This document shows, in pieces, positions 37,131-50,068 of a stretch of DNA of 64,000 nucleotides. Source of the DNA: Antedon mediterranea (lineage: Eukaryota; Animalia; Echinodermata); the NCBI RefSeq assembly GCF_964355755.1, contig NC_092671.1, positions 37,148,304-37,212,303 of the forward strand, in the 5' to 3' direction. The translations under genes were made by a program, and so were the position numbers. How positions within the stretch are numbered: position 1 is the stretch's first letter; each line of letters begins with the position of its first letter. The notes beneath the pieces were generated by a model that saw nothing but the letters and a program-made list of their open reading frames with translations, had not been told where the DNA came from and did no database searches.

Positions 37131-37804
37131 AGAGCACACATGGTCATATTTGATACTACTGTATTACTGTTATTAATTGTAATGTTTATACATTATTTAA
37201 GGAGTTAAATGATTGTGTTAAGGTTGTAGGATAATTGTGAGCCATATCGATAAAAGTATTTGACGCAGATACAAATGTTTTAGAACTATAATAACTTTAT
37301 TGTAATAAACTGGGAATAAACTATACAAAGTACACATCTACACAGTAGGAATAAATGGAAGAGTGATTCACATAGAAGAATGTTATCTATGTTAAGGAGT
37401 GAGCAAAGCAATGATGGATTGCTTCGTGGTCTGGGGACAGTTCCAGTATAAACTTTCACTTATCATCTATGGGTGAATGACGAGTAGGCTATTGGAAACA
37501 TTTATTGTACTGTACAATGAGAGCAAATTTTAACAGATTGTTAAATATGGTATGATTGTATGATTGCTTGAATAAAGATTTTCTGAATAAAAACTAATCC
37601 TGCATTAATCTCACATTTGTTCATTGCTTTGACTATTTAAGAAGCTGAAACTTAAATAAAACCACGCGTGATTATAGCCAACGTTAAAATAAAATTAACT
37701 ATATCTAGTTGGTTTTTGTGATGCTTTTATTCTACAGTATAATTATGTAGTCATATAACATCAATAAATAATAAAAAATATATAATTCAAACAGTAATAA
37801 AAAT

Positions 37805-37807
<3 letters not shown>

Positions 37808-37882
<75 letters not shown>
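37808..37882. repeat. (TA)n microsatellite
   Basis: Direct read. Confidence 0.95.
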
Positions 37883-37885
<3 letters not shown>

Positions 37886-38154
37886 TATGTAATAGGTTAT
37901 CATATACTTTTAAGTTACTGTAGTTTGCGACCTTATTTTATGTAGATTCGAGCCCAAGTGTATAAATACATGTAAAAGTGAAGTGAAACAGTGATATATG
38001 CGGATTGTTTTTCCCTCCAAAACTTTTTATTACAACAAACACTCCTAAATTGACGCGATGATGATGCGGGAGAATTAAGCGAATGGTTAAAGATTGATCA
38101 TCGCTTTTAATATTATCAAGTTTCATATTTTGGTGACTACGTACCAGCAGATCA

Positions 38155-41100
38155 ATGTCGGAAACATCAAGTCCTAATAGACAGACGGTGGGGTTAGCAT
38201 CTGAAGAACATGATGAGGAGGTCCCATCCTTACTGCCTAGGCCTACAACTTGTCAATGGAAACCGGGAGATAAATTACACGTGCTTATAAGTACTTGTTC
38301 TGAACTTGAGGAGCTAAAGTCTTCATTCGAAATTGAAACTAACACAAGCTTTGTTAAAAGTAAAACGTTTTCATGTTTTGGAGAGACTGGTAATATTTTT
38401 AATTGTTTATTATGCTTTAAGCTTATTAATATATTACGCTTAATTTTGTGGCGTGTAGAGGGGAGGTTGAAAGGAGGGGTATAGGGGTTGAACACCGTCT
38501 CGCATCGTGCGGGACGGTCCCGTATTATAAAAGTGATTTTCTAAGGAAATACGCATTTTCAACACGTGCCTGACCACATTTCTGTTTTTATTTTAATTTT
38601 ACATCTAGCCCAAAGCCCCAACACACCCATGATTCCACCATTTTTATACATTGCCAGCCGATTCTGCTACTATAGCAAAATCGGGTCACATTGCGGTGGA
38701 TAGATTACCAATATTTGTAAATATGTATTCATTTTTTACATCAGAGAATGCAAATTTATAAATTTTAGGCGATATTGTCAAAGGTCAAGCGCCTAGCCTG
38801 CCACATTTAGATATTCAATATTGTCCGGTGTCACATTCTTAAAAGATTGCATACGACCCTCTATAAATAATGAAAAAAATACACTAAATAATATAGTCCA
38901 GAAGCACAAGAGCATAGCCGGAAATGTGATTTACGGCCATCTAGAGGGGAAAAAATTCCGGCCTAAAGTATGGATCCACTAACCAAGATCCACCCAGCCA
39001 TTGAACCTGGTTACAGCCCGGTCAATAAATTCATTCTAAACACAAACCATCTATTATAGTAAATTCTCAATCCAACCACCAATAAATAAATGAGAAAATA
39101 TAAATTAGAGCCAACTCCTTTTATCAATATGCCATACCCATACATTGTATTCGTGTTAAAGATAAGTCATCGTCGTATGCTTAAGCAACCGATAGCAAGA
39201 ACTATATTGTGTTTTGAACCTGTTTTGAAGGGTAGGCTTATAATATAAATGATATTTTTTATTCGTATCGATTTCTTTTACAGAAATAAAAGACAAACCA
39301 CACAAACTCCTCTGGAAATCCGATATCATAGTTCATCCATATATAGTTTTAAATACTGAGCGGTATATATGCCACCACGGACCACAAAGGAAAAAGGATG
39401 AAGCAGAAGTAGTAAGACACGAAGTGCTCAACATTATAATTAATTAAGGACTTTTTGATGATGAAAATGATGATGTTAATGATGATAATAATGATGATGT
39501 TAATGATGATAATAATGATAATGATAATGATGGTGATGATAATAGAATGATGGCGATGATATTGATAATGATGGTGATAATTATAATAATGATAATGAAA
39601 ATGATGATAATCGAACAGCGAGAAACTCCCGAATTGATGAGTACTATTTTGTAATTCGTCGTGTTTATAAACTAAATAACATTTAGGGTTTAGGGAGTGG
39701 AGTTTACATCCATTTTTATATATATTTTTTTAAATATCGACACCAAAATTAATATTGTCCTAACAAAAAATTACTTTCCCTAAACCCTGGTTTAATACAA
39801 ATACAACTTATTATACATTAATATATAAAATATATTATACAATATGCAAATTTAAAAATATTGAACAAACCATGTTACAGATCATTCAACCAAATGTTTA
39901 TAAAGAGTAGTTTTAAATAATATGATGCGATAGGGAGCGGATATCAAACATAATGTTGTTTATGGTCACCCTGATAAGGTTAAACAAAAATATAATTGTC
40001 ATCATCACTTTAGAAATCATTATTATCATTCATTAGTATTAATCATTATTATGATTATAACCATTATCAATTCACTAACATCATATAATAATTTATAGTT
40101 GTACTACTGTGTTTGTGTAAATGTATGATCTACATTTTAACTTCAGTGTAAGGACCATGAATACGGTAAACGACGAATTCGTTTGCAACCGTAAAAAAAA
40201 CTTGCATGTCCGGCTTCTGTTGTTGCAAGAGAAATAATTGTCTTCACAGACTTTCAGGTGAGAAACCATAGCTCATGCATAGAAAAGGGATTAATTTTAA
40301 GCCTAAAATTGAAAAATAAATATTGATTTATCAGATTTGTAATAATTATTCTGGTTCCGAATTGAAATATATTATTTAGTGTTATTTTTGCATTGTACTT
40401 CGTCTATGTATAGCGATAGGATGATGGAGGTGCAACATTATAAAAAATGCGTATAATTGCTAACAGTATCTCACTTTAAAATATGTAGTCTAGTTTACCA
40501 AAATGGAAAAGAGACAGAGCAGCAAAGAAAATCAAATTAAATCTACATAAAGAAGGCACGGACTTGAAGTTTCAGCGAAAGATTTATGTATTATTGCCAG
40601 ATATTTCCGAACACAAGAATCATTCGCATGGAATAGTAAGTTCAACAATTATATCAAGTTTAATCTTTTGATTACCACATTTGTCCGAACTGTATTTGAG
40701 AACTTTTACCATACAAACTCTTGGTGTATATTTTTTTACGTGAGTTCGTCTCCCTTTTATTTTCATATACATTTCTTTCTCTTTATACATTTTCAGGCTG
40801 AGGAAATGTCGCTTTCAATTGACCCTCGAATAGTGGCAAAATCAGAAGAATATGTTTCTGAGGGTTTCCTATCTTCAAATTTAATAAGATTACTACTAGA
40901 GGCATACGTGAAGAAGGAGTTGTTTTACGGCCAAAACTGTCCATCTTGGACAAACAGGAGATTTTTTCCAAGTCGGAGAGACATCACAAACTTAGTCTAC
41001 AGCAAACGGCAAAAAATGATAAAGAATAAATTCGATCAGGAAAACCTGATTTCTAGCATATCGGAGTGGCGTACGGATTGTCCTGATGACAACTTCCATT

Positions 41101-44095
41101 TTGAGCCATCAACCACAGCCTATTCTGATTTCCTATTCATTTTCCAATCAAAGTTTCAGAGGCAACTTCTGAAACGTTACGGAGGGGAAGTATGCCTACT
41201 GGACGCAACATATCGAACAACCCGATACGCTGTGCCGATTTTCTTTTTGTGTGTAAAAACAAATGTGGACTATTGTGTTGTCGGCGTTTTTGCCACTATA
41301 CACGAAGACCATGAAACAATCGCAAGGGCTTTGAGTAAATTCAAAGACTGGAATCCTGGATGGAATCCTCCTTTTTTCATGGTGGATAACTGTGAGGCGG
41401 AAATTAAGGCCATCGAACAATCATTCCAAGGTAGGAATTAAGCCTACATTTCATAATTTCAAGAACTGAGATTTCATTTATAAATTAAAATCAGGATGTT
41501 GGCATGGTGTAGACGATAACGATGGTAATGTTAGACGGTTGGATATAAATACATACTTTGCCTTGTTTTTTCAGGTTGCAGAATTTTTCTCTGCGACTTC
41601 CATAGAGAACAGGCGTGGATCCGCTGGTTAAAAGCAGGTAAGCATAAGCTTAACCATTCCAGCGATGATGTCCTCACTTTATTGCGAAACATCGCCAAAG
41701 CTGAGACTGTGAAGCATTATAATGCTTCTGTACAAGTGCTTCAGTCTAGCACCTATTGGAAGTCGAATATGGCATTTAGGAATTGGATCACTAATGTATG
41801 GTTAAAACACTCGGAGGTAGGTAATCAACTTTATTTATATTTAACCATACAATCTGCAAACAATTTATTGAGTTAAGATTCAAATTAACGCGGTAATATC
41901 AAAAACATTACAAAAATTATTCCAGTTTTGTGTGTGTGTGTGTGTGTATTATGGTCTTTTTGAAAAGTATTGTATACAATTAAACCGCAGTGTATTTTTC
42001 CCATTTACATTATGTCTAGTCGATTACATTTGTACAATATTTACATTTTCGGTTTATATTTTCATTTCTTCTAATAGAAGTGGGTTTGGTGTTATCGAGT
42101 CAACAGATTTAATTTGAAAGTAAACACGAACAACGGTGTTGAAAGGCAAAATCGTACATTAAAATACGATTACCTACGAACTTATACTGACCGTACGTTA
42201 ACTGGTATGCTGAAGACAGTTATCAAACATTATTTGCCGGAAATGCAGCGAAGGTATATCATTCTTTGAAATGACCGTTATGCCTTGTTAATTTGTTAGT
42301 GTGACTGGACCAGCTGGTCATATGAAATACAGTTGTAAGAAGTTAATATTAATTGCCACTTATTTTTTGCTTTATTTAGTTATGTAACTTTTTTACCCAT
42401 CAGATATGTCAGAAGCAATATCACTGCCTCGTCTGCATATCGAAAGTACAACGAACGTCTTCCAAAATTTCTTCATAATCGACCAAGGCCATTTTTAGAC
42501 CACTGTAGAAAGCGGCTGACCGACCAGACAGAAATTAGCCCTTTTCTAAAGGAGACAGCACCAGGTTCATTTGTAGTGCCAAGCCTTTCATCGTCGTTGT
42601 CAACCTACACACTAGATCTTGGAAATCATAACCACTTGCCATCATGTGGATGTTATGATTTCACTCATACGCACTGGCCATGTAAGCATATGTTGGCAGT
42701 TGTTGTCCACCACCCTGACTATTCCTGGAAAAGCCTTCCTGCTCATTACAGGAATCACCCGATATTCACCCTTGATGAGGATGTGGTTTCAGGACTCGAT
42801 GATGACATTTTGGAGGACATTTCCGTAATTGAGGAAGATTGTGAACCAATATGCACAAAGAGTGAATTTTCCAATAAAACATCTGAAAAAAATACAACAC
42901 TACCAGAGAGCATCCGTGGAGTAATTGGAAAGATCCGCAGTATGACATACCTTCCACTGCCAGTGGATATTCTTTCAGAAACAAAGCAGAAATTAGAAGA
43001 AATCTATGTGAACATTTGGACTCAGCTGCCAAAGGAAAGTGGTATCCCTGTCACCCAAATAAACCCAACCGTGGCCGAAGCAGAAAAACTACCATTTGGT
43101 ATTAGCAGTGGTTTAAGAACGGGTAATAAAATGTTATTGTCATTATGTTAGTTGTATACATGTACTTACGCTGTGCAAACTTTTAGATTATATATTTTTA
43201 TTCACAGACCTCGGGAAGAAAAGAACCAATTCCGTATGTCAAGCTACAAAGAGAAAGTTATCTAAGTGTAAGTCGTATTGTCATCAAGCATTACCATGAA
43301 CATCGAGTAAGTTTTTGAACAAGTTGAACAAGCTCATAATTAATTTTTATTGATATTTCAGGGCGTTACAGTAACAATGTAGGCCCACCAATGGAAAAGA
43401 AAAGGCTTAAAGACCTTCCATTAAGAAAACGACGGAAACCCAATGTTCAGGTACACTGCAAAGATGAGGCAATAAGAATTCCTGAAGAACCTAGTAAGGC
43501 AAAAAAAATTGGTAAGTTATTAAGACTACCATGGAGTATTTACATATATACTGAAACATAACTAATATAAGTAACACATCACAAACTCTAGAATAACGAA
43601 AAAACGTTTGTTTGTAAACAGCCAAGGCCTTACTCAAAGGAACAAACTTCCTATTATTATAAAACAAATCAAACATTTTGTTCAATTTAGGAAAGAGTTA
43701 TAGAAATATCTTTTATTTAAATATTAAACCCTTTATTGTATTATATAGTACTGTTGCTTCATATTCTCACTTGTTCTTATTATTTTTTGTAACCATGTTA
43801 AAAGGCCAATTCAACTGAGACAAGTTTACTTCTAGATTGGTCCTCATTTTATGCTCTGTGCTATTCGATGAAATAAATGAATGATCAATTTTTTTTCCAT
43901 TTAAACATTTAAACAAGGCATTGAAAAGAGCTCCTCAAAGAGAAGAAAAGGCATCTCTCAGTACAAGGCTTGTGCAATTCCTCTTACAATGCCAAGTATG
44001 TTCATTGGTAACCTTAGAGCTTAAATAAAAAAAAAAAGTAGTAACAATACATATTCTAAATCCATATGCATTTTAGGTAAACTAACCGCCTGGTA

Positions 44096-44129
<34 letters not shown>

Positions 44130-45658
44130 TATATATACTTCTATAAACTCATTTATTTATGTTTTGATGATGAGAAACAGCCACCCAACTCATGAGCATA
44201 ATTCTCAGCCTTTTTAATAACCTGTCTTTATAATCCCACTAGTGTGTAGTCGTTGTGTGCCCATTATCCCAAAGGAAAGCATCAATTCTAATGGTGTGAT
44301 TGATTTTAATTGAATGTAAAATGGTATATACCGTCATTATTTAATTACTTACTATTCATTTATTAACATTTTCAGATGATTCTGTTATTAAAGATTTGGT
44401 AGAAATCGCTAAAACACATAAATATGTTCCCCACAAAATAAAATATGGGGCCGAAGTGACAACCCCAGCACATGGATTGGTGCTAGAGGCTCTCCGATCA
44501 GACGAAGAGGTGTACGAGGCAAGATACCTACAATTATGTTCACGTGCCTCAGAATTGTTGCCAGGTGAGGTAGGAGATGCAACAACAATAATGCAGGTGG
44601 TTGTTGCCCTCATCTCAATAATTCAAACCGAAGGGCTCTCAATTGAAGAAGTAAACGAAACTATAAGTTTGAAACCATCGCATCTTCAACTCACAAGAAA
44701 ATGTGAAAAATCCCTTAGAGGTAAACTAAAAGTTGGAACAACTTCACTCACTTATAAAGATATGGGAACATTACGTCCAGGCAAGTGGTTGAATGACCAG
44801 GTAGGATTGTCACCAAGTGGCCACCATTGAGAGGCCCACTGTGTTGAAATTTGATATTAAAAAATCTAACTAAATATGCAATAAGTAATAATTTAATGTA
44901 ACAATAAATAAATTTACCAACATTTGAGTTTACCAAGTTTCGATCCTTATAATTAAACATTTTTATTTAATTGCAGGTTATCCATGCCTATCTTAACTTG
45001 CTAAAGAACGAATATTGTGACCAGCTCTTTGTCCTGCCTTGCTTCCTAGCCTTGAAATGGGGAAGGAAACAATATGAAGATTGGTTGTATGAAAAGATAA
45101 CGTTAGTGTTTAACTATTAGCAGTACTGTCGATCATTATCAACTTTACATGTTATATATTTTACAATTATTTTTGTTATTTTAAGGATGGTTTGGAATCC
45201 TACGAGTGGGTAATGCTTCCAATTTGTTACAATAGACATTGGTTTTTGTTAGTAGCCAACAATAAAAAGAAAACCATTGGAATCATTAACTCTGTCAAGA
45301 ATCATAACACAGAAAATACTTTCATTGAGCACTGGGGGTAAATACTTATATCAAATTCTCATGCCTTCGTATTGATCATAGATTTAAGATTATGATTTAC
45401 CACAAATCAGAAATATGTTTTTATATACATAGGCCTATAAGGTATAATAAACGATAAAGATGAGTAAATCTGTGAGATTCTGTTAGAATGAGAAGAAGTC
45501 TTTCCAATCGGGATTCAGACCAGGAACCTTCTGCTTGATATGTAGATTTCTTAATCATTAGACCACTGGGGCTTTCGCAGTATTGTTCAAATTCGCTTGG
45601 ATAGCGACACTTTAACACAGCACTAGTCACTCTTTCCGCCTCTCCCCTCCCCCACCCA

Positions 45659-45737
<79 letters not shown>

Positions 45738-46282
45738 CGAAACCTTATACAGTATGATTTTTTTTATCATTATATTATCACAGAAGATTCCTAAGAGCAA
45801 GGTCAAAGTTGACAGGGTTTGAGCATCAGACGTACACACCAATAAAGTATAATTCGGGTATGCAAACGGATGGCAGCAGTTGCGGTATTTTCGTACTTAT
45901 GGTAAAGTTAATACAATATATACAGTACAATTGTTCCTAATTTAGATATAATTAACATCAATAAAAATGCAATACATAGAGTGATCGATTTATACCGTTG
46001 TAATTGTAGAATGCCGAAGCAATCATGGCATCTGTACGGCCAAGGGTTCTGCGACAGCACCATTGTCCTGCCTACAGGATTTACATAAAAGAACGGCTCA
46101 TGCAGAATTCAACAGCAAACAAACATGAAATGTGCGACTTGCCATTTTGTACTAGACCTTCAGGCAGCAACGTAAAATGGGTGCAGTGCGATAGTTGCCA
46201 ACGATGGATGCATTTTGATTGCTGCAAGGTAACATCCGTAAAGGATGATTATGTATGTGTCATGTGCAGTGAAAATGTGTAA
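38155..46282 (+). CDS. Spliced MULE transposase fusion: CaRF-like domain + DDE + SWIM + Ulp1/C48 peptidase + PHD finger (~1249 codons; in-frame TAA at 40192, probably inactive here)
   Basis: Exons 38155-38389, 39284-39411, 40147-40257, 40489-40635, 40797-41430, 41575-41816, 42078-42253, 42404-43122, 43208-43267, 43362-43493, 43918-43995, 44376-44800, 44977-~45096, 45186-45337, 45784-45901, 46010-46282. Motifs: CHHG..KKLACPA..EHKNH; LLDATY, FMVDNCEAE, CDFH, NTNNGVERQN; CGCYDFTHTHWPCKH; TLRPGKWLNDQVIHAY, HWFL, QTDGSSCG; WVQCDSCQRWMHFDC..YVCVMC. Confidence 0.88.
39456..39612. repeat. (GAT/AAT)n trinucleotide repeat in a transposase intron
   Basis: Direct read. Confidence 0.85.
45659..45735. repeat. 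(TC)n(TA)n microsatellite in a transposase intron
   Basis: Direct read. Confidence 0.9.
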
Positions 46283-47319
46283 TTACATTTGTGCACTGAC
46301 AATTAATATAAATCTGTTTACTTAATTCAGAGTTTTTTACCTGAACAAAATGAAAATTTAAAAAAAACATGTTGGAAAGGGTTTGCCTGAGAGATGAAAG
46401 AAAAAGATTTGTAATACCAGATTAATACAGTATGTAAATAAGGTTACCTTTAGGCTTACGCTTTTAAACAAAATAAACAATGCATTAATAGATGATAGTT
46501 ATGTGATCAGCAAATGTAAACATTTCTAGTTATCAAAATTGACGGGGTTAAGTTGCTTATTAAAATGTTTTACAAAAAAGGGTACTAAAATGTAGGCCTA
46601 ATGTGTTTTTGAAATTGAATATTTAACCATGTTCTTGAATATTTCAAATGTCATTACAAACGGCAGATTTGTAATAGTATCGTACAGTAAATGTTTTTTT
46701 TCTTCAATCCATTAAAATAATTATTTTTGTACTTTATATACACTTTTAAACAAAACGAATACGATTTTGGTGAGTTATATAGTTATACAGTAGTTGTTTA
46801 TTCAAAATGTTTTACAAAAAAGAGTACTGAAAGAAAGACTTACTGTGTTGAACAACAAAGACGAATACATTTTTTTTATTGGAAAAAAATATGCCAAGTG
46901 TTTTTAAAAGGAAGTGTCTAGAGGCAAGTTCTTAAATATTTCTGAACATGTCATTACAAACGATTTGTAATAGTATCGTACAGTAATTTTTTTTTTTCAA
47001 TCCAATAAATAATTATTTTTGTGTTTTATATACGCTTTTAAACAAAAACGAATAAGATTTTAGGGAGTTATAGTTCGAAAATACCCGATGCATTATAGAT
47101 GATATAGTTACATGTGGTCAGTAAACGTAGTAATAAATATTTACGGGTCTAAGTTAGTTGTTTATTAAAAATGTTTTACAAACAAGGGTACTAAAAAGTA
47201 GGCCTACTGTGTTAAACAACAAAAGACAAATACAAATTAAACAAAATATGTCAAGGTTTACAAACGAGAGATTTGTAATAAATGTTCAATAAATGTTTTA
47301 TTTAATCCAATGAAAATAA

Positions 47320-49397
47320 GTTACACAGTGAATTAACAACGTGTATGTTAACTATATAGTTGCCCTGACGGATGAAAATTAATACTTATCATCCGTCAGG
47401 GCACTACCAGATTCTTAGTGAATTAACAACGTGTATGTTAACTATTTAGGTGCCCTGACGGATGACAATTAATACTTATCATCCGTCAGGGCACTACGTT
47501 ACACAGTGAATTAACAACGTGTATGTTAACTATTTAGGTGCCCTGACGGATGCCAATTAATACCTATCATCCGTCAGGGCACTACGTTACACAGAGTGAA
47601 TTAACAACGTTTATGTTAACTATATAGGTGCCCTGACGGATGACAATTAATACTTATCATCCGTCAGGGCACTACCAGTTACACACAGTGAATTAATAAC
47701 GTGTATGTTAACTAAATAGGTGCCCTGACGGATGACAATTAATACTTATCATCCGTCAGGGCACTACCAGTTACACAGAGTGAATTAACAACGTGTATGT
47801 TAACTTTATAGGTGCACTACCAGTTACACACAGTGAATTAATAACGTGTATGTTAACTATATAGGTGCTCTGACGGATGACAATTAATCCTTATCATCCG
47901 TCTCAGGGCACTACCAGTTACACAGTGAATTAACAACGTGATATGTTAACTATATAGGTGCCCTGACGGATGACAATTAATACTTATCATCCGTCAGGGC
48001 ACTACCAGTTAGGCCTACACAGTGAATTAACAACATGATATGTTAACTTTATAGGTGCCCTGACGGATGACAATTAATACTTATCATCCGTCAGGGCACT
48101 ACCAGTTAGGCCTACACAGTGAATTAACAACATGATATGTTAACTTTATAGGTGCCCTGCCTGACGGATGACAATTAATACTTATCATCCGCCGTCAGGG
48201 CACTACGTTACACAGTGAATTAACAACGTGTATGTTAACTATATAGGTGCCCTGACGGATGACAATTAATACCTATCATCCGTCAGGGCACTACCAGTTA
48301 CACAGAGTGAATTAATAACGTGTATGTTAACTATATAGGTGCCCTGACGGATGACAATTAATCTTTATCATCCGTCAGGGCACTACCAGTTAGACCTACA
48401 CAGTGAATTAACAACATGATATGTTAACTTTATAGGTGCACTACCAGTTACACAGAGTGAATTAATAACGTGTATGTTAACTATATAGGTGCCCTGACGG
48501 ATGACAATTAATCCTTATCATCCGTCAGGACACTACCAGTTAGCCCTACACAGTGAATTAACAACATGATATGTTAACTTTATAGGTGCCCTGACGGATG
48601 ACAATTAATACTTATCATCCGTCAGGGCACTACGTTACACAGCGAATTAACAACGTGTATGTTAACTATTTAGGTGCCCTGACGGATGACAATTAATACT
48701 TATCATCCGTCAGGGCACTACGTTACACAGTGAATTAACAACGTGTATGTTAACTATATAGGTGCCCTGACGGGTGACAATTAATACTTATCATCCGTCA
48801 GGGCACTACCAGTTACACAGAGTGAATTAATAACGTGTATGTTAACTATTTAGGTGCCTTGACGGATGACAATTAATACTTATCATCCGTCAGGGCACTA
48901 CCAGATTCTTAGTGAATTAACAACGTGTATGTTAACTATTTAGGTGCCCTGACGGATGACAATTAATACTTATCATCCGTCAGGGCACTACGTTACACAG
49001 TGAATTAACAACGTGTATGTTAACTATTTAGGTGCCCTGACGGATGACAATTAATACTTTTCATCTGTCAGGGCACTACCAGTTTCACAGTGAATTAGCA
49101 ACGTGTATGTTATAACTATTATAGGTGCCCTGACGGATGACAATTAATACTTTTCATCCGTCAGGGCACTACCAGTTTCACAGTGAATTAGCAACGTGTA
49201 TGTTATAACTATCATAGGTGCCCTGACGGATGACAATTAATACTTATCATTCGTCAGGGCACTACCAGTTACACAGAGTGAATTAACAACGTGTATGTTA
49301 ACGGAAAACAACGTGTATGTTAACTATATAGGTGCCCTGACGGATGACAATTAATACTTATCATCCGTCAGGGCACTACCAGATTCATAGTGAATTC
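47320..49397 (-). repeat. Right subterminal array: ~22-23 x ~90-bp units, reverse complement of the left array
   Basis: GTGCCCTGACGGATGA-CAATTAATACTTA-TCATCCGTCAGGGCAC plus reverse-complement linkers. Confidence 0.95.
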
Positions 49398-49859
49398 AGA
49401 CCTTCGTTCATATCGATATCCGAACAACGTATGCTAACTCAGTACATGTAGCTAACTCAGGACTGAGCTAACTAGGTGCCGTGACGCAATAAAATATAAG
49501 CAAATTATGATTATCCGAAGATTAAAATTTTGCAACAGTACGCTAAAAGTATGATTCATGGTTTTGTAGTGGAATTGCATGAACATTACAAAGGTAAAAC
49601 GAGAACAACTTTCACCATCGCGTTGCACTTACACTGTAATACTAATACAGTAATCGAATAATTGTGCAAATGGTAAAATACGATCTATGAATTGCGGTCC
49701 ATCTATCCAAGGAATTAAGTGCGCATGCGTAAAATAAATAGGTGCCCTGACGGATGACATTTAGACTCTTCCAGCCTAGTAGACTGGAAATGTGAACAGT
49801 CTACTTCCGATCAGTTATTTCCTGATGTTAAGGGATTCCCCTGTTAAGTACCAATTAGT

Positions 49860-50068
49860 TCGAGTTGAGTTTACATATCTCGTGTTATGTTGACAACGCT
49901 CGAGTTGAGTTTACACATCGCTCGTGTTATGTTGACATCGCTCGAGTTGAGTTTACACATCGCTCGTGTTATGTTGACATCGTTCGAGTTGAGTTTACAC
50001 ATCGCTCGTGTTATGTTGACATCGCTCGAGTTGAGTACTGTATACATATCGCTCGTATTATGTTGACA
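49860..50068. repeat. 42-bp minisatellite x ~5 at the junction of duplication units 1 and 2
   Basis: CTCGAGTTGAGTTTACACATCGCTCGTGTTATGTTGACATCG. Confidence 0.9.

Larger units (their letters stand above)
34186..49770 (+). mobile_element. ~15.6-kb Mutator-superfamily (MULE; Phantom/foldback-like) DNA transposon
   Basis: Termini AAGAGTCTAAATGTCATCCGTCAGGGCACC / GGTGCCCTGACGGATGACATTTAGACTCTT, ~380 bp of unique inverted sequence plus inverted tandem arrays, and an internal MULE transposase gene. Absent from the paralogous sites at ~54664 and ~63449. Confidence 0.93.

Noticed and set aside
39456-39612. Asp/Asn-rich coding exon
   Set aside because: Lies after a GTAAG donor and in-frame stops, and the flanking exons join in phase without it.
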